This document shows, piece after piece, positions 30,373-41,352 of a stretch of 64,000 nt of DNA (its first letter is position 1; each line of letters begins with the position of its first letter). Source of the stretch: an uncultured delta proteobacterium (GTDB lineage Bacteria > Desulfobacterota > Binatia > UBA9968). The stretch is taken from positions 110,786-174,785 of the forward strand of contig CAWDPO010000025.1 in the NCBI GenBank assembly GCA_963804165.1, in the 5' to 3' direction. The notes beneath the pieces were generated by a model, which saw only the letters and a list, made by a program, of their open reading frames with translations, was not told the origin of the DNA and searched no databases. The position numbers and the translations under genes were made by a program.

Positions 30373-31011
30373 CTATTTGTCTTGCAAGACCAGTTCGTTT
30401 GAAACCTCAGAATCAGAAAGCCATTCGATCCGCACGGTAGTTATCCCCCGTCCCACCATGTCTAGTGCCCGTGCCGCAGATCGGGAGACGTCGATGATGC
30501 GACCTTTGCCAAACGGGCCGCGATCATTAATCCGCACGTCAACTGATTTCCCATTGGCTAGATTGGTGACTTTCACTCGACTGCCCCAGGGAAGAGTTCG
30601 ATGAGCCGCCGTGAATTTCTCCTGGTTAAAAACTTCTCCGCTCGCGGTGCGCTTGCCGTGAAATTTTGGTCCGTACCACGAGGCCAGACCCGTCTCCATC
30701 ATCGTTGGTTGCGCAGGTGCGGGAATGCCTACAATTGGCGGGGACTGTTCGGTTTGCGGTGGGGAAGGGACGTCGGCTACTGGCGGAATCTCATGCGGAG
30801 AGATATGCGTCGGCGGCTCGTCGGAAGAATTGTCCGTCTGAGACTCCGAAGGTGAGACTCCTCTCGTCGACACGGCGCGGTTAGGCGCATCTGAGATGAC
30901 GGCACAACCTTGAGAAGAGATTAGCGCCGCCATCAGTACCAAGGCGTTTACCCGCAACTCGAAGGCCACTACTTGGGGAGGCGAAATTGATCCGCGAAAT
31001 AAATATTGCAT
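30373..31011 (-). CDS. rlpA: RlpA-family (DPBB) lytic transglycosylase without a SPOR domain
   Basis: [37 protein letters not shown]; possible lipobox SQGC. Confidence 0.88.
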   Translation of the reverse strand: MQYLFRGSISPPQVVAFELRVNALVLMAALISSQGCAVISDAPNRAVSTRGVSPSESQTDNSSDEPPTHISPHEIPPVADVPSPPQTEQSPPIVGIPAPAQPTMMETGLASWYGPKFHGKRTASGEVFNQEKFTAAHRTLPWGSRVKVTNLANGKSVDVRINDRGPFGKGRIIDVSRSAARALDMVGRGITTVRIEWLSDSEVSNELVLQDK

Positions 31012-31035
31012 GGGTCACCGCGAAGAATATCGTTC

Positions 31036-31051
31036 AGCAACGACCATGCCC
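31036..31051 (-). promoter_or_regulatory. Sigma54-type promoter upstream of rlpA
   Basis: GGGCATGGTCGTTGCT on the minus strand (GG-N10-GC). Confidence 0.5.
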
Positions 31052-31583
31052 CCAAAGAATTAGGTGACAGCGGTAGCTAAAATGGCCAAAAGAGCCGGAT
31101 GCAGCACATTAGACGACAGGGGAACAGCGAGAATAGTGTGGGTTCGTACAACGCTGAACGCGGTACGAAAATGTTCTTTTCAACGATGTCAGAGCACCAA
31201 CGGACTTGAGCGACACGGAAGATGCTTCAGCGCCAGCAAGATATCGCGCGTCAAGTTGCTTACAGGCCGGCTGGCCCACTGTGGCCTATTGGACTTTGGA
31301 AAATGTCGGATCTGCGGATTTTCGGTAAAGGTCAGATCATCGGGTCAAAGCGTTCATGGGCAAAATCTTTACTTCTGCAGTTTCGACTCTCTAGCTGCTG
31401 ATCCGCGCTAGAATTCTATAACGATACAACCCAGACTCCAGCGACATCGTAGCCGCAACAAAAATACTTTGCCTCCACGGGTCTACTAGGTTGTCTCATC
31501 CGCCAGCGGCAGCACGCCGGTGGGGATTGTGACACCGATTTGTTTCGCAGTTACAGTTTGATTGCAGGAGTTTTCTACGTCCA

Positions 31584-34067
31584 TTATTTTTCCTGCAGAT
31601 ACCGCTCACGTTCCAGCTGTTCTCGCTCGCGCTGCTCACGTTTCTGCCGCAATAGCTCAAAGAGGCGTTCCTTCTCGCGTTGCCTTTCCAGCCTTCTCTG
31701 CTCTTCCGCATCTTGGAATCGATCTCTCTCTCGTTGCAGTTGTTCTGGCCGCGGCGTTTCACGCCCTAGGTCACGGCTTGGCGGCGGCGGGACGGGGACG
31801 GATCTGGCCCTTTCTCCGAGCCACCAGTCTCTTAGCGTGTCCAAGAATGGTTCCAAGAAGGAGTCGCGTGGTCTTGAATACGGGAATTGAGCGCCGGTGT
31901 CGATTAGTCGCGCGTCAAGAATATGCTGAAAAAAATCTCCGACCAACAAGACGGCGTTGTGCCCGCCCTCGCCCCAATAATTGCTGCGCATAGTGACCCG
32001 CTGGTCATTGAAGCCGACCCACGCCCCGGCGACGAGTTGCGGGTGCATCAAGATAAACCAGCCGTCGGTATTTTTTTGGGTGGTGCCGGTCTTCCCCGCG
32101 ACATCGGCGCGCACGCCGAATCGAGTTCTTATTACCTGCCCGGTGCCTTTATCGATTGCGTCGCGCATCATGTTGATCAAATTTTCCACCGTTTGGTCGG
32201 ATAGGACGCGCGTGCTCTCGTTCTCGAATCTGGCAAGCACGTTGCCATTCTTGTCGGTGATGCGGGTGATAAATATCGGCTGGCGGTATGCCCCCCGGGC
32301 CGCGAGGGTGCTGTAAGCGGCGACCATTTCGAATGGTGTGACCGGACTGGTGCCGAGCGCCAAGGACGGCACTTCTTCGAGCCTGCTTTGATTGATTCCC
32401 ATTCGCCGCGCAAGTTCCGCAGTTCTTCTCGGACCGATTTCCTGCATGACCTGGGCGGTGATGGTGTTTTTCGAATAGATAAGGCCGTCGCGTGCTGTCA
32501 TCGATTCACCAGTCGGCTCCGATAGATCGGCGGGGCGCCATACGCTGCCGTCTGGCAAGGGAATTTCGACTGGGCGGTCGATAAAACGTTTCTCCGGTGA
32601 CATGCCGTGCTCGAGCGCGGCGCCGTAAACAAAGGGTTTAAACGTCGAACCGGGCTGGCGCCGCGCTTGCGCTACGTGATCGAATTGGTCGGTATTGAAG
32701 TCACGGCTGCCGACCCACGCTTTTACGTGACCGGTGGCCGGATCGATGGCGACGAAGCCCGCCTGCAAGCGTGTTTTGTCGGCGCGGAGCTTAGCGATGA
32801 ATTTGCGATCGTTTTTCAACTGCGCGAGTGCGGCTTCCGGCGTCGTGCCGGCATCGATCGCGCTACGGTAAGCCGCGGATTCTCGAATGAACACGTCGAT
32901 CAGGCCGGCCTTGGTTTTCCAAAAATATCCGAAAGGCTGGATACGCCGTCGCATGCCGACGTACGTATTCACGCTCGACGACATGAGTCCCGCGGAGCTC
33001 ATTCCCCACTCTACGTCGGCGACCGTCTGCAGGGCCGTTATTTGAAGAGTTACGGCTTGATTGGCAAGCGCCTGCAAACGCGAGTCGATGGTGGTGTGCA
33101 CGACCAATCCGTCGGAATAAATATCGCGGTCGTTGCGGTCCGCCCAATCGATCAGCCATTTACGAATCTGCACGGCAAGATGAGGCGCGGGGCCGACTGC
33201 TTCGGGCTGGCGTTCGAAATTCAGCGGTATCGGCCGGCCTTTTAACCTATCGAAATCGGCTTGGCTCAAGGCGCCGCGCTTGAACATTTGCGCCAGCACC
33301 ACGTTGCGGCGCGCCAGCGCGCGCTCGGGGTTGAGCACCGGGTTGTAGTAGCTCGTGCCTTTTAACATGGCGATCAAGGTGGCGCTTTCAATGACATTGA
33401 GTTTTTGCGCGGGCTTGTCGAAGTAAGTGCGCGCAGCCATTTCGATACCGAACGCGTTGTATAAAAAAGGAATCGTATTGAGATAGGTTTCGAGGATTTC
33501 TTTTTTCGTGTAGGCGTATTCGATCTTGATAGCGGTAATCATCTCCTTAATCTTTCGCGTGATCGTCCGCTGTCGGCCGATTTCCGGATAGAGGTTGCGC
33601 GCGAGTTGCTGGGTTAGCGTGGAACCGCCCTCCGCATCTCCGCCGAAGGCACGCAGGAGTCCGGTCGCGGTGCGCACGAAATCGACACCGACGTGTTGGT
33701 AAAATCGGTGGTCTTCCGTGGCGATCAAGGCAGCGATCACGTGCGGCGAGATTTGATTTAAGCGCACCCACTCGCGGTTCATCGGCTTGAGAGTGGCGAG
33801 ACGCCTGCCATCGGATGACATCAGCACGGCGGGCTGGTCGATTCTGGCTTTTCGTATATCGGAAATACTCGGCGTGAACGGCAGCAAAATCAGGGCGTAC
33901 CCGCACAACGCCGCCAGTCCAAGCGCGCCCAAAACGGCAAAGCCTTTGGCGCCGGAAATAATCTTGGCGCGCATACTCAGGGCAGGATTGATTGTAGCCC
34001 TGAAGTAGCCGGCGAACCGCCGGTACAAGCGTCTCAATCGTGCGGCAGGCCGTAACTTCTCAGCCAC
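31584..34067 (-). CDS. Second class A PBP (PBP1A family)
   Basis: EDHRF, GGSTLTQQL, RKIKE, YLN, STFK, SKN, KTG; charged helical C-terminus. Confidence 0.9.
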   Translation of the reverse strand: MAEKLRPAARLRRLYRRFAGYFRATINPALSMRAKIISGAKGFAVLGALGLAALCGYALILLPFTPSISDIRKARIDQPAVLMSSDGRRLATLKPMNREWVRLNQISPHVIAALIATEDHRFYQHVGVDFVRTATGLLRAFGGDAEGGSTLTQQLARNLYPEIGRQRTITRKIKEMITAIKIEYAYTKKEILETYLNTIPFLYNAFGIEMAARTYFDKPAQKLNVIESATLIAMLKGTSYYNPVLNPERALARRNVVLAQMFKRGALSQADFDRLKGRPIPLNFERQPEAVGPAPHLAVQIRKWLIDWADRNDRDIYSDGLVVHTTIDSRLQALANQAVTLQITALQTVADVEWGMSSAGLMSSSVNTYVGMRRRIQPFGYFWKTKAGLIDVFIRESAAYRSAIDAGTTPEAALAQLKNDRKFIAKLRADKTRLQAGFVAIDPATGHVKAWVGSRDFNTDQFDHVAQARRQPGSTFKPFVYGAALEHGMSPEKRFIDRPVEIPLPDGSVWRPADLSEPTGESMTARDGLIYSKNTITAQVMQEIGPRRTAELARRMGINQSRLEEVPSLALGTSPVTPFEMVAAYSTLAARGAYRQPIFITRITDKNGNVLARFENESTRVLSDQTVENLINMMRDAIDKGTGQVIRTRFGVRADVAGKTGTTQKNTDGWFILMHPQLVAGAWVGFNDQRVTMRSNYWGEGGHNAVLLVGDFFQHILDARLIDTGAQFPYSRPRDSFLEPFLDTLRDWWLGERARSVPVPPPPSRDLGRETPRPEQLQRERDRFQDAEEQRRLERQREKERLFELLRQKREQREREQLERERYLQEK

Positions 34068-34478
34068 TGTTATTCTCTAAGTTTTTCGCGACACCGAAAA
34101 GGTCGCGAGAACTGGCTCGATGATAGATACCGAGCTTGAGGCGGATTAACTGTGTAGCTATTTGGCGGGGGGCTCCAGACCACGCTGTCGCATGCCACTG
34201 CTCGATGACGGTTTCCCGTTCGGAACTCTCAACTCTCACAACGTAAAGCAAAGCACGCGGAAGACCCGCTCGCAACGAGGTCCGATAATCATCGGCATCG
34301 GCGAATGACCTGCATCGGTAAGAGGTGGGCTGACGTGAAACGCGAGATTTAATCTTGTCCAGCGATTATCGGAGTGAGGCAATTTCACCCTTCACCTCAA
34401 ATCCGAGGCGGAGCCTGACCATGCGCTGCGGATAAAATACGCTCAGAATTTAATGACTACGATGAACGTGCGCAAGAG

Positions 34479-35780
34479 TTATCGTCCGATCTCCTTTAGT
34501 GCTCGCAACACCGCGCTCATGGTCTGAAGCCACCAGGTGATGGATACCATCGGATCGGAGAAAAAATGACTGAAATAAAGATTGTAAACTTTTCTGTTAC
34601 TGTGGAGATAAGTCTCCTGATACGACCTCATCAATTCTCTAAGGCTCAAGGGAGCGTTCAACGGATCACGCGGACGCGCGGTGCCCAAAGCGGCACGAAC
34701 CTTGTAGAACAGCAGGTCGAGAAGCTTGATCCATAAACTGATCAGGTCTTCGATGGGACAGAGAAGCATGGTCCCGGCGGGCCAACTTTCGACTGCTTCC
34801 ACGGCCTCGCTCCGCGCCACTTTCAAGGTCAGCAGAGGTTCATTGATGCCGCTAGCCACCATTTGCCACCTGCCCTCACCGATCCGTGGATTGATCTCCA
34901 TAAGCTTCGGCACGCCGGTGAGAGGATCAACTTTCATCTGAATCGCCATCCCTCCCCACCAGCCTATCCTATTTGCAAACGCCGTGGCCTGGGTGAGGTA
35001 AGGGCTAGGGCCGAGCGCGCGGCGCGCCAGTGGAAAGTTCGCATGCAGTCGATAAAATGAACGCACGTTCTCGCTGGTGAGCGCCATCTTCAACGCTCCC
35101 TTGCGATCTAAAGCGAGCAACAAGTTTTGTTGTTCTCTTCCGGAGATATACTCCCGTATCATGTAAGTGTTCTCGCCTTTGAGCCGTTCTGCCTTGCCGC
35201 AAAACTCCGACCAATTGCGCACGATCTCGAAGCCGCGGCCCGCGGCTGTAAAGCGGTGCTTGAGCACGAATGGAAAGCCGAGTTCATCAGCAATCGTTTT
35301 CAAGTCTTTGTCGCCGTCCAGCAAATAGGTCTTCGGACACGGGAAGCCGGTCTCTTGCGCGGCTTGAATCGTTCGATACTTGTCCAACGGAATGACGACG
35401 ACGTCATAGTCCGGCACGGGGATGACAATCCCCAGCTTTTCAAACCGCTCTTTGTTCTTGGAAAAGACATAGACCTGTGGATCAAACGATGGGAAAATCG
35501 TGTCGATGTTTTCTTTCTCGCAGATCTTTAAGACCGCCTGGATATAAAGCTCCTCTTTCGCCGTGTTCTGTCTCTGTATTTTCCCGGCACGCCAGTCCTC
35601 CGCCGGCGACGGAACATAGTAACGCTCGTCTACCAAACGGGAATTTGCCGCGTGGGAAAGCCTCGCGGCGAAACGGTTTTGTCCGGACATCGTCACAACA
35701 ATCTTTTTAGCGTACGGACGCAAGGCGCGAATGACAGAATAAGCTTGCGAGTTACGGGTGTTTGTGACGAGCAAATTCAT
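34479..35780 (-). CDS. ATP-grasp domain protein
   Basis: DKYRT, PCPKTY, GFPFVLK, REYISG, MEINPR. Confidence 0.8.
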   Translation of the reverse strand: MNLLVTNTRNSQAYSVIRALRPYAKKIVVTMSGQNRFAARLSHAANSRLVDERYYVPSPAEDWRAGKIQRQNTAKEELYIQAVLKICEKENIDTIFPSFDPQVYVFSKNKERFEKLGIVIPVPDYDVVVIPLDKYRTIQAAQETGFPCPKTYLLDGDKDLKTIADELGFPFVLKHRFTAAGRGFEIVRNWSEFCGKAERLKGENTYMIREYISGREQQNLLLALDRKGALKMALTSENVRSFYRLHANFPLARRALGPSPYLTQATAFANRIGWWGGMAIQMKVDPLTGVPKLMEINPRIGEGRWQMVASGINEPLLTLKVARSEAVEAVESWPAGTMLLCPIEDLISLWIKLLDLLFYKVRAALGTARPRDPLNAPLSLRELMRSYQETYLHSNRKVYNLYFSHFFSDPMVSITWWLQTMSAVLRALKEIGR

Positions 35781-36064
35781 ATTTTTTTCGGACCCAACCC
35801 GATGGCTGAACGCTTAGCACAATCGCCGGCGAAGTGAGTATCTAAGGTGACTTATCTGAGGACGAACTGTTTGACCACCAATTAACGGAGCGATTCTCGA
35901 TTTGATTAGGAATGCGGTTCAGTTCGGTCGTGTGCGTATAACTTTCTGGGACTTTCCCAGCAGCACCCGACGTATTGCTGAGCCCACACGGGATTGGCAG
36001 CACCACACATTGATGCGACCCCATGTGTCACGACGCAATGGCTCGTCGACAATCTGTAGGGCAT

Positions 36065-37615
36065 CTAGGTGGAGAGCGATAACGGTCGCCCTTCAAACCA
36101 CTCCGGCAGCGGTACGTTTAGCAGTGACAGAACTGTCGGGGCGATATCCAATACGTCACGTTGGATGCTGCATACGCCGGGCCGCACTCCCGGCCCCAAA
36201 ATCCAGAGTCGGGACTCTGTCGTATGATCACCGGTTCTCGGGTATCCGGGGTAATTGATGGCAACTCGAACCAAGCCGACCGAGTCGGAAAGACACTGCT
36301 CGAGCGGCCCGAGGTCAGTACGAAACACGACCATGATATCGGGGACGTCTTCATGGTGGTCGCTGCCAAAGATTTCGGTGGCTGTCACGACCTCATCAAC
36401 TATAGGCTGGTCCGTCCGTGGGTCTTTGAGAGCTCGCAGCTCCCGCGTTACCATCTCGACCAACCGTTCAGCTTCCGGGCCTGGTTCAACACACCCGAAC
36501 GGTTCTCGTCCTTTCAGATTCAGGCGAATTGCGCCGCAGCGGTTGTTGATCAACGATGTGGCTCGGGTGTTTGGTGACTCCAGAGGGTCGAGCAAACTGC
36601 CGGTAGCCTCTTGAATCCGCTTCAAGGGCCATATCTCGAGCATCGGCCTCAGTAACGGGTGCAACTTTTTCGGCATGTGCAACGCGTTCGCCTTAGCCCG
36701 GCGCATGCAACGTGCAAATGCAGTATCGCCACCCGACGTCAGCCCCAGGCGCGCCATTACCTCCGGCAGCATCTGTGGACCACCGATATAGGGCCCCATG
36801 CCATGACTCGTGAAAATCAAGATGATCGTGTCAGGGGACGCAGCACTGAGGAGTGCCCCCACGCCGCTGTCGATTCGCTCATACACCGACCTGAGCCCCG
36901 ACTTCAGATGCGCCGGCGCATCGGGATCGTGCGAAGGGGACGCCGGGTCGTGAAAATGCCACAGCTGATGTCCCGTACAGTGCGCCTCACCAAAGGTGCA
37001 CGTAAACAAATCCCACGACTCCCGCGCAAATAGGTCAACCAACAACTCTGATTTTTTTGCGATGCCTTTCAACAGCCGATGCAACAGCTGCTCGTAACCG
37101 TCTCTCGTCCCACCGTGAGCATCGCAAGAACGTGTCGGATGACCCGGGTGCATTCCATATCGGCTTCGAATCTCGTCTGCCAAACTCGGGGGATCGGTTG
37201 CAAAGCCGTAAGTCGGGTCGTGGAGTCCCCATTCGACCACCTGGATCCCGTTGAAACTTGGTGCGAGCACGGTCTGTACTTGGTCGATAACAGCAACTCT
37301 ACGTCCCGACCGGCCGGCGACTGTCCAATAGAAATGCTCAGTGTTCAACTCGTCCGGTGCAACCGGGCGGCGACGCGCCTCTCCCGTATGCAATTGCCGC
37401 GGGTGAAAATACAATGGGAGTTTGCCGGCGCTCTCGCCGCTGGTAATCTCGGGCCAGATGGTGCCTGGCAGCGTACGCATCGGGTTTCGCAGCCTATATT
37501 TGCGGCCTACGGACTCAATCCTTGCGAAATTGGGCAAGCTACCGTCATCCGCCCATTGTTCCAAAAGACACGCCTCGCCCGCATCGATTCCGATCACAAG
37601 AAGTTTGGCAGTCAT
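36065..37615 (-). CDS. Alkaline phosphatase superfamily (type I phosphodiesterase-like) protein
   Basis: LLVIGIDA, WPEITSG, HCTGHQLWH, SHGMGP, TGDH, LDIAPTVL. Confidence 0.82.
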   Translation of the reverse strand: MTAKLLVIGIDAGEACLLEQWADDGSLPNFARIESVGRKYRLRNPMRTLPGTIWPEITSGESAGKLPLYFHPRQLHTGEARRRPVAPDELNTEHFYWTVAGRSGRRVAVIDQVQTVLAPSFNGIQVVEWGLHDPTYGFATDPPSLADEIRSRYGMHPGHPTRSCDAHGGTRDGYEQLLHRLLKGIAKKSELLVDLFARESWDLFTCTFGEAHCTGHQLWHFHDPASPSHDPDAPAHLKSGLRSVYERIDSGVGALLSAASPDTIILIFTSHGMGPYIGGPQMLPEVMARLGLTSGGDTAFARCMRRAKANALHMPKKLHPLLRPMLEIWPLKRIQEATGSLLDPLESPNTRATSLINNRCGAIRLNLKGREPFGCVEPGPEAERLVEMVTRELRALKDPRTDQPIVDEVVTATEIFGSDHHEDVPDIMVVFRTDLGPLEQCLSDSVGLVRVAINYPGYPRTGDHTTESRLWILGPGVRPGVCSIQRDVLDIAPTVLSLLNVPLPEWFEGRPLSLST

Positions 37616-38973
37616 GCCTGTGTGCTCCGCGCCGGTTTTCCGAATTTTTTTATAGCCGAATCGTACACATCCAAATACTGCTGTGTCTCTTGGCAGATAT
37701 CATAGTCGCGCAGAGCCTTTGCCCGCGCTTTCTCGCCCATTTCACGCCAAGTTGACCGGTTCATGATGCACTCGGTTAACCCTGAAGCAAACGCATCGAT
37801 TGAGAACGCCGGCGCCACGAGGCCGGTCTCACCGTCGGTGACGACGTCGGTCATTCCACCGATCGCAAACGTCACGCACGGCCTGCCGCATGCCATACCC
37901 TCTATGGCAACGTTGGGAAGCACCTCGTTCATCGATGGAATGGCAACCACGTCAGCCGCACTATAGTAGAGTGCGATCGTTTCATCATCATGCACGTGAC
38001 CCGCAAAATGGATATCGATTCCGGCAGCCGCGGCTTGGTGGGAAAACTTGGAACCAATCACAAGCAGTCGAACGTCTTGTGCTGGATACCGGTGTCGTAT
38101 GCGTTGCATCGCCTCCAACAGGAACGGCCCCCCTTTCCGCGGATCCTCCAGTCCCTTGATTGCGGCCATCAGCACATATTTCGGTGTCTGTGGCAGACGC
38201 AATAGGTCGCGGGCAAGACTTTGTTCGATGGGACGAAATACCTCAACATCTATTCCGTTCGGAACAACTCGAACATCGACGTCACGAAATACGAAACTTT
38301 CTCGGGCACGATCGGCGAGCCACGAAGTAGGGCAGACAACTACAAGCGGTAATTTGCTGAACGCGTGTCTTTTGGCGCGCACAAGCAATCGTGAAATGTC
38401 ATAAGGTCGTTGGGAGCCCAGCTGTGGACATGACCCACAACGGACTCGATACGCATCACAGTGGCCGGTGTAATGACACCCGCCGGTAAAAGCCCACATG
38501 TCGTGCAGTGTCCATATTATGGGAACGGCGAAACGGCGCAGCTTCCAGAAGGGTAAGAAGTCACTCGCTATCCAATGGAGATGAATCAGGTCGGGGGCGG
38601 TTCCGGGCTCGCCCAGGTGGCGCCTGCCCGGGAATACTCCGATGGAAAACGCGGAAGTATCCCTCTTTCGATAGCCAGCGAGAACAAGATCGCCTAAGGA
38701 AGGTCGAACAAGCGCCAGACCTTTGCCGAATCTCGATCGTGGGCCATGGACCGTGACGTCATCACTGTCTTTAACGCCGACCACCAATTCCGATGTTACG
38801 CCGGCGCGTAGGAGCGCCCTGTGCAAGCGTTGAGTTGCGCGCGCGGCACCCCCATAAGATTCATAGTAACTATAGCCGTGCACCCGAAGCGGCATGCCAT
38901 TCCACCTAACAGTCTCAGTCCGGGCGTTTTCGGACTGACTGCCCATGGACCACGCTGTTTTCCCGACGAACAT
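37612..38973 (-). CDS. Glycosyltransferase family 4 (WcaC-like)
   Basis: GGAARA, HLHWI, WTLHDMWAFTGGCH, PRKG, EGMACG. Confidence 0.88.
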   Translation of the reverse strand: MFVGKTAWSMGSQSENARTETVRWNGMPLRVHGYSYYESYGGAARATQRLHRALLRAGVTSELVVGVKDSDDVTVHGPRSRFGKGLALVRPSLGDLVLAGYRKRDTSAFSIGVFPGRRHLGEPGTAPDLIHLHWIASDFLPFWKLRRFAVPIIWTLHDMWAFTGGCHYTGHCDAYRVRCGSCPQLGSQRPYDISRLLVRAKRHAFSKLPLVVVCPTSWLADRARESFVFRDVDVRVVPNGIDVEVFRPIEQSLARDLLRLPQTPKYVLMAAIKGLEDPRKGGPFLLEAMQRIRHRYPAQDVRLLVIGSKFSHQAAAAGIDIHFAGHVHDDETIALYYSAADVVAIPSMNEVLPNVAIEGMACGRPCVTFAIGGMTDVVTDGETGLVAPAFSIDAFASGLTECIMNRSTWREMGEKARAKALRDYDICQETQQYLDVYDSAIKKFGKPARSTQA

Positions 38974-39026
38974 TACCGCAGCCTCTCTTCTAAACCGCGA
39001 CAGATTACCTGTGCTTGATACCTGCT

Positions 39027-39914
39027 CTAGTCCACTACGCTATGATAAAACCGCTGCAAACGCCGCATCGCTCTTTCACCCAGCAGCAGACGCGTAACCT
39101 GCCGAGCAAACTCTTCAGCATAAACGACGGCCGGAACAGGAGGGCCTAGACGTATAGTCTGGCGATTGCGTATCCGGAGACGTTCCGAGGCGACTGTCGT
39201 AACGTTTTTAACTTGCATCGACATGCCACCTTGACGCCACGCGGCAACTGTAATGCCGGGCATATACTGCGGGGGATGCTCCCAAATGAGTCGTGAAAGA
39301 AATTCATAATCCCCCATGATTCTAAAGGTCTCGTCAAACAAACCATAGCGGCGAAACAGGCTCTCGTGATGAAAGACTCCTTGATGAGGCAGTGCCATCG
39401 TTCGACGCATTCTCCTTTCTAGCTGTACCCACCGATCGCCGATGACGGAAATCACTTCACCCTTACGATCGGTGGCGGCTACATTGCCGTAGACCACGAG
39501 GTGCCGTGGATAGGCGCTTTGCAGGTACGGAACGATGTGCTCAAGCGTTTGCGCCGACCAGAGGTAGTCATCGGCACCGAGAAACAGTATCCATTGTCCA
39601 GTGATATGCTTCAGAGCTGCATTCCAGGCTTGACAGACGCCGTGGTCCTTCGCGCTTTGCCAATAGTTGATCAATGAGCCTCGTTCGCGCAGCAGATCCA
39701 AAGTCGAATCTTCTGAGCCCCCGTCCATGACGACGACCTCCCACTCCCGAAACTGTTGGCAGAGAATACTGTCGAGACATTGCTCCAACGTACTGGCGGC
39801 ATTTCGACTGGCGATAACGATGCTGATTAAGGGGCGAGCTCGAGTCGAATGGTCGCCTACATTCGAATAACGAAGCAGCTTCAAATGGTCGATCCTATCG
39901 GGCGATTCCGGCAT
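39027..39914 (-). CDS. Glycosyltransferase family 2
   Basis: ISIVIA, DGGSED, AWN, FLGADD, PHQG. Confidence 0.88.
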   Translation of the reverse strand: MPESPDRIDHLKLLRYSNVGDHSTRARPLISIVIASRNAASTLEQCLDSILCQQFREWEVVVMDGGSEDSTLDLLRERGSLINYWQSAKDHGVCQAWNAALKHITGQWILFLGADDYLWSAQTLEHIVPYLQSAYPRHLVVYGNVAATDRKGEVISVIGDRWVQLERRMRRTMALPHQGVFHHESLFRRYGLFDETFRIMGDYEFLSRLIWEHPPQYMPGITVAAWRQGGMSMQVKNVTTVASERLRIRNRQTIRLGPPVPAVVYAEEFARQVTRLLLGERAMRRLQRFYHSVVD

Positions 39915-40069
39915 GGCGACTATGAGAGAAGGCGGCCCGGCGCTTTCCCTGGTAGAAGGGGAACGTATTCGATGACCCGGTCTTAGTCAACTTCGGCGCG
40001 AGTGCCAGAAGATCGATACAAGGTGCCTCGATTGCGGTAGGTAAGATTGTTTCGGCGGAAATCTAACGC

Positions 40070-40157
40070 TCAGCAGGAGCAGCTCTTGAACTTTGCTGTT
40101 CCTCTATTAAATTTTCAAATATCGGCTGGAGCGCTCAGAAATTCCAAGGATAGAATG
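40070..40157. repeat. Conserved non-coding repeat, copy 2
   Basis: Direct repeat of 30140-30227. Confidence 0.8.
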
Positions 40158-40326
40158 CGAGCTTCATCTCGAGCACGGAAGGAAATGGGGATAGGAAACT
40201 AGTGCGATACGGATTGAGGGATCCGAGGGTCATTGACACCGAAGACCCAGATGCCACTGAGAGGTGAATGCATGAGTAAACTAACGAAGCCTACGGGTTG
40301 CGCCAATTCGGACAACGCGAGGTCAA

Positions 40327-40800
40327 TTAGTCATCCTGCGGGCTCATAACGACCAAGGAAATTACCAGGGCAGAGAACCCGATTAACTGCAGACCGAAGC
40401 GCGTCACGTGTGAGTACTCCCACTGTCTGCGCCACTCCGCCCAGTCCGGCGGAATCGAATCGACCGTCCACTTAGCTGTTTCCACATTAACGGGATTGGT
40501 GAAACCAAGCCACACGACGAAGAATGTCACCGCCACGCACGCGGTCGCCGCTAGCGCGAGGTAAAAAGCCGCAGCGTGTTTACGCACGAGAAACGACAGG
40601 ACGGCAGTCGAAACAATCGCTCCTATCTCGATCGGCGCACCGATGTATGCGAAGTAAAGATAAAGCGTATGCTGGAAAGTCATCCAAAGAGGTCCATCGA
40701 CATTCATCTTCGCCGGCATCTCTAGGGCGTGACCGACCGTTGTTCCCATAAGCAGCGCAACTAAGACGAGCGTGATGAAGTACCATATCCGTACGACCAT
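40327..40800 (-). CDS. DUF1772-like membrane protein
   Basis: HALEMPAK, PVN, WRRQWEYSH. Confidence 0.75.
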   Translation of the reverse strand: MVVRIWYFITLVLVALLMGTTVGHALEMPAKMNVDGPLWMTFQHTLYLYFAYIGAPIEIGAIVSTAVLSFLVRKHAAAFYLALAATACVAVTFFVVWLGFTNPVNVETAKWTVDSIPPDWAEWRRQWEYSHVTRFGLQLIGFSALVISLVVMSPQDD

Positions 40801-40842
40801 TTCTTGTCCTTCAGGAACTCAGCAGCGACATGCCTACCCGTG

Positions 40843-41352
40843 TCAGATCAACGCCAACGCTAAGATCCTTTCGAGACCGCGATCAGGAGCGCAATCAGGC
40901 TTACGCATGCGAACCCTGCCCGTGCGACGTGGGAATACTCCCAACGGTCGCGCAGCGTCGTCAGACGGTAGCTGAGTTCGATTGGCGCCGAATGAAAAAA
41001 AACCAGAAGCGAATTCGCCCAGGTTTTCGTGCTGCAACCAGAACTTGTTCACCGGATGGGTGAAGATCCAGTACACGGCGTGCATCACGACGAGACTCAG
41101 TAGGGCCACGAGCGTCAGCCAAAAAGTCAGAGTTCCTCGCGGGGTTAGCCATAAGAGTACCGCCGTCGCTATTAGCCCTCCAGGCTCGGCAACCCCTGCG
41201 GTGGTGAAACCGGGATAGTAGATCCGCTGCACGACGAGGTATGCGGATTTGTCCAGCCTCAATTTCCCTGGCAGCTCGAGCGCATGCGCAAGCGAGGGAA
41301 CCAACGCCAAAGTAACCAGGAGGACCGCCAGCACCTGAAGAACATCAAGCAT
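40843..41352 (-). CDS. DUF1772-like membrane protein paralog (frameshift near 40963)
   Basis: AHALELPGK, HPVN; LRDRWEYSHVAR appears in the adjacent frame. Confidence 0.72.
   Translation of the reverse strand: MLDVLQVLAVLLVTLALVPSLAHALELPGKLRLDKSAYLVVQRIYYPGFTTAGVAEPGGLIATAVLLWLTPRGTLTFWLTLVALLSLVVMHAVYWIFTHPVNKFWLQHENLGEFASGFFSFGANRTQLPSDDAARPLGVFPRRTGRVRMRKPDCAPDRGLERILALALI

Noticed and set aside
34479-35780. ATP-grasp gene as a graspetide ligase
   Set aside because: No precursor peptide; the context is glycosyltransferases
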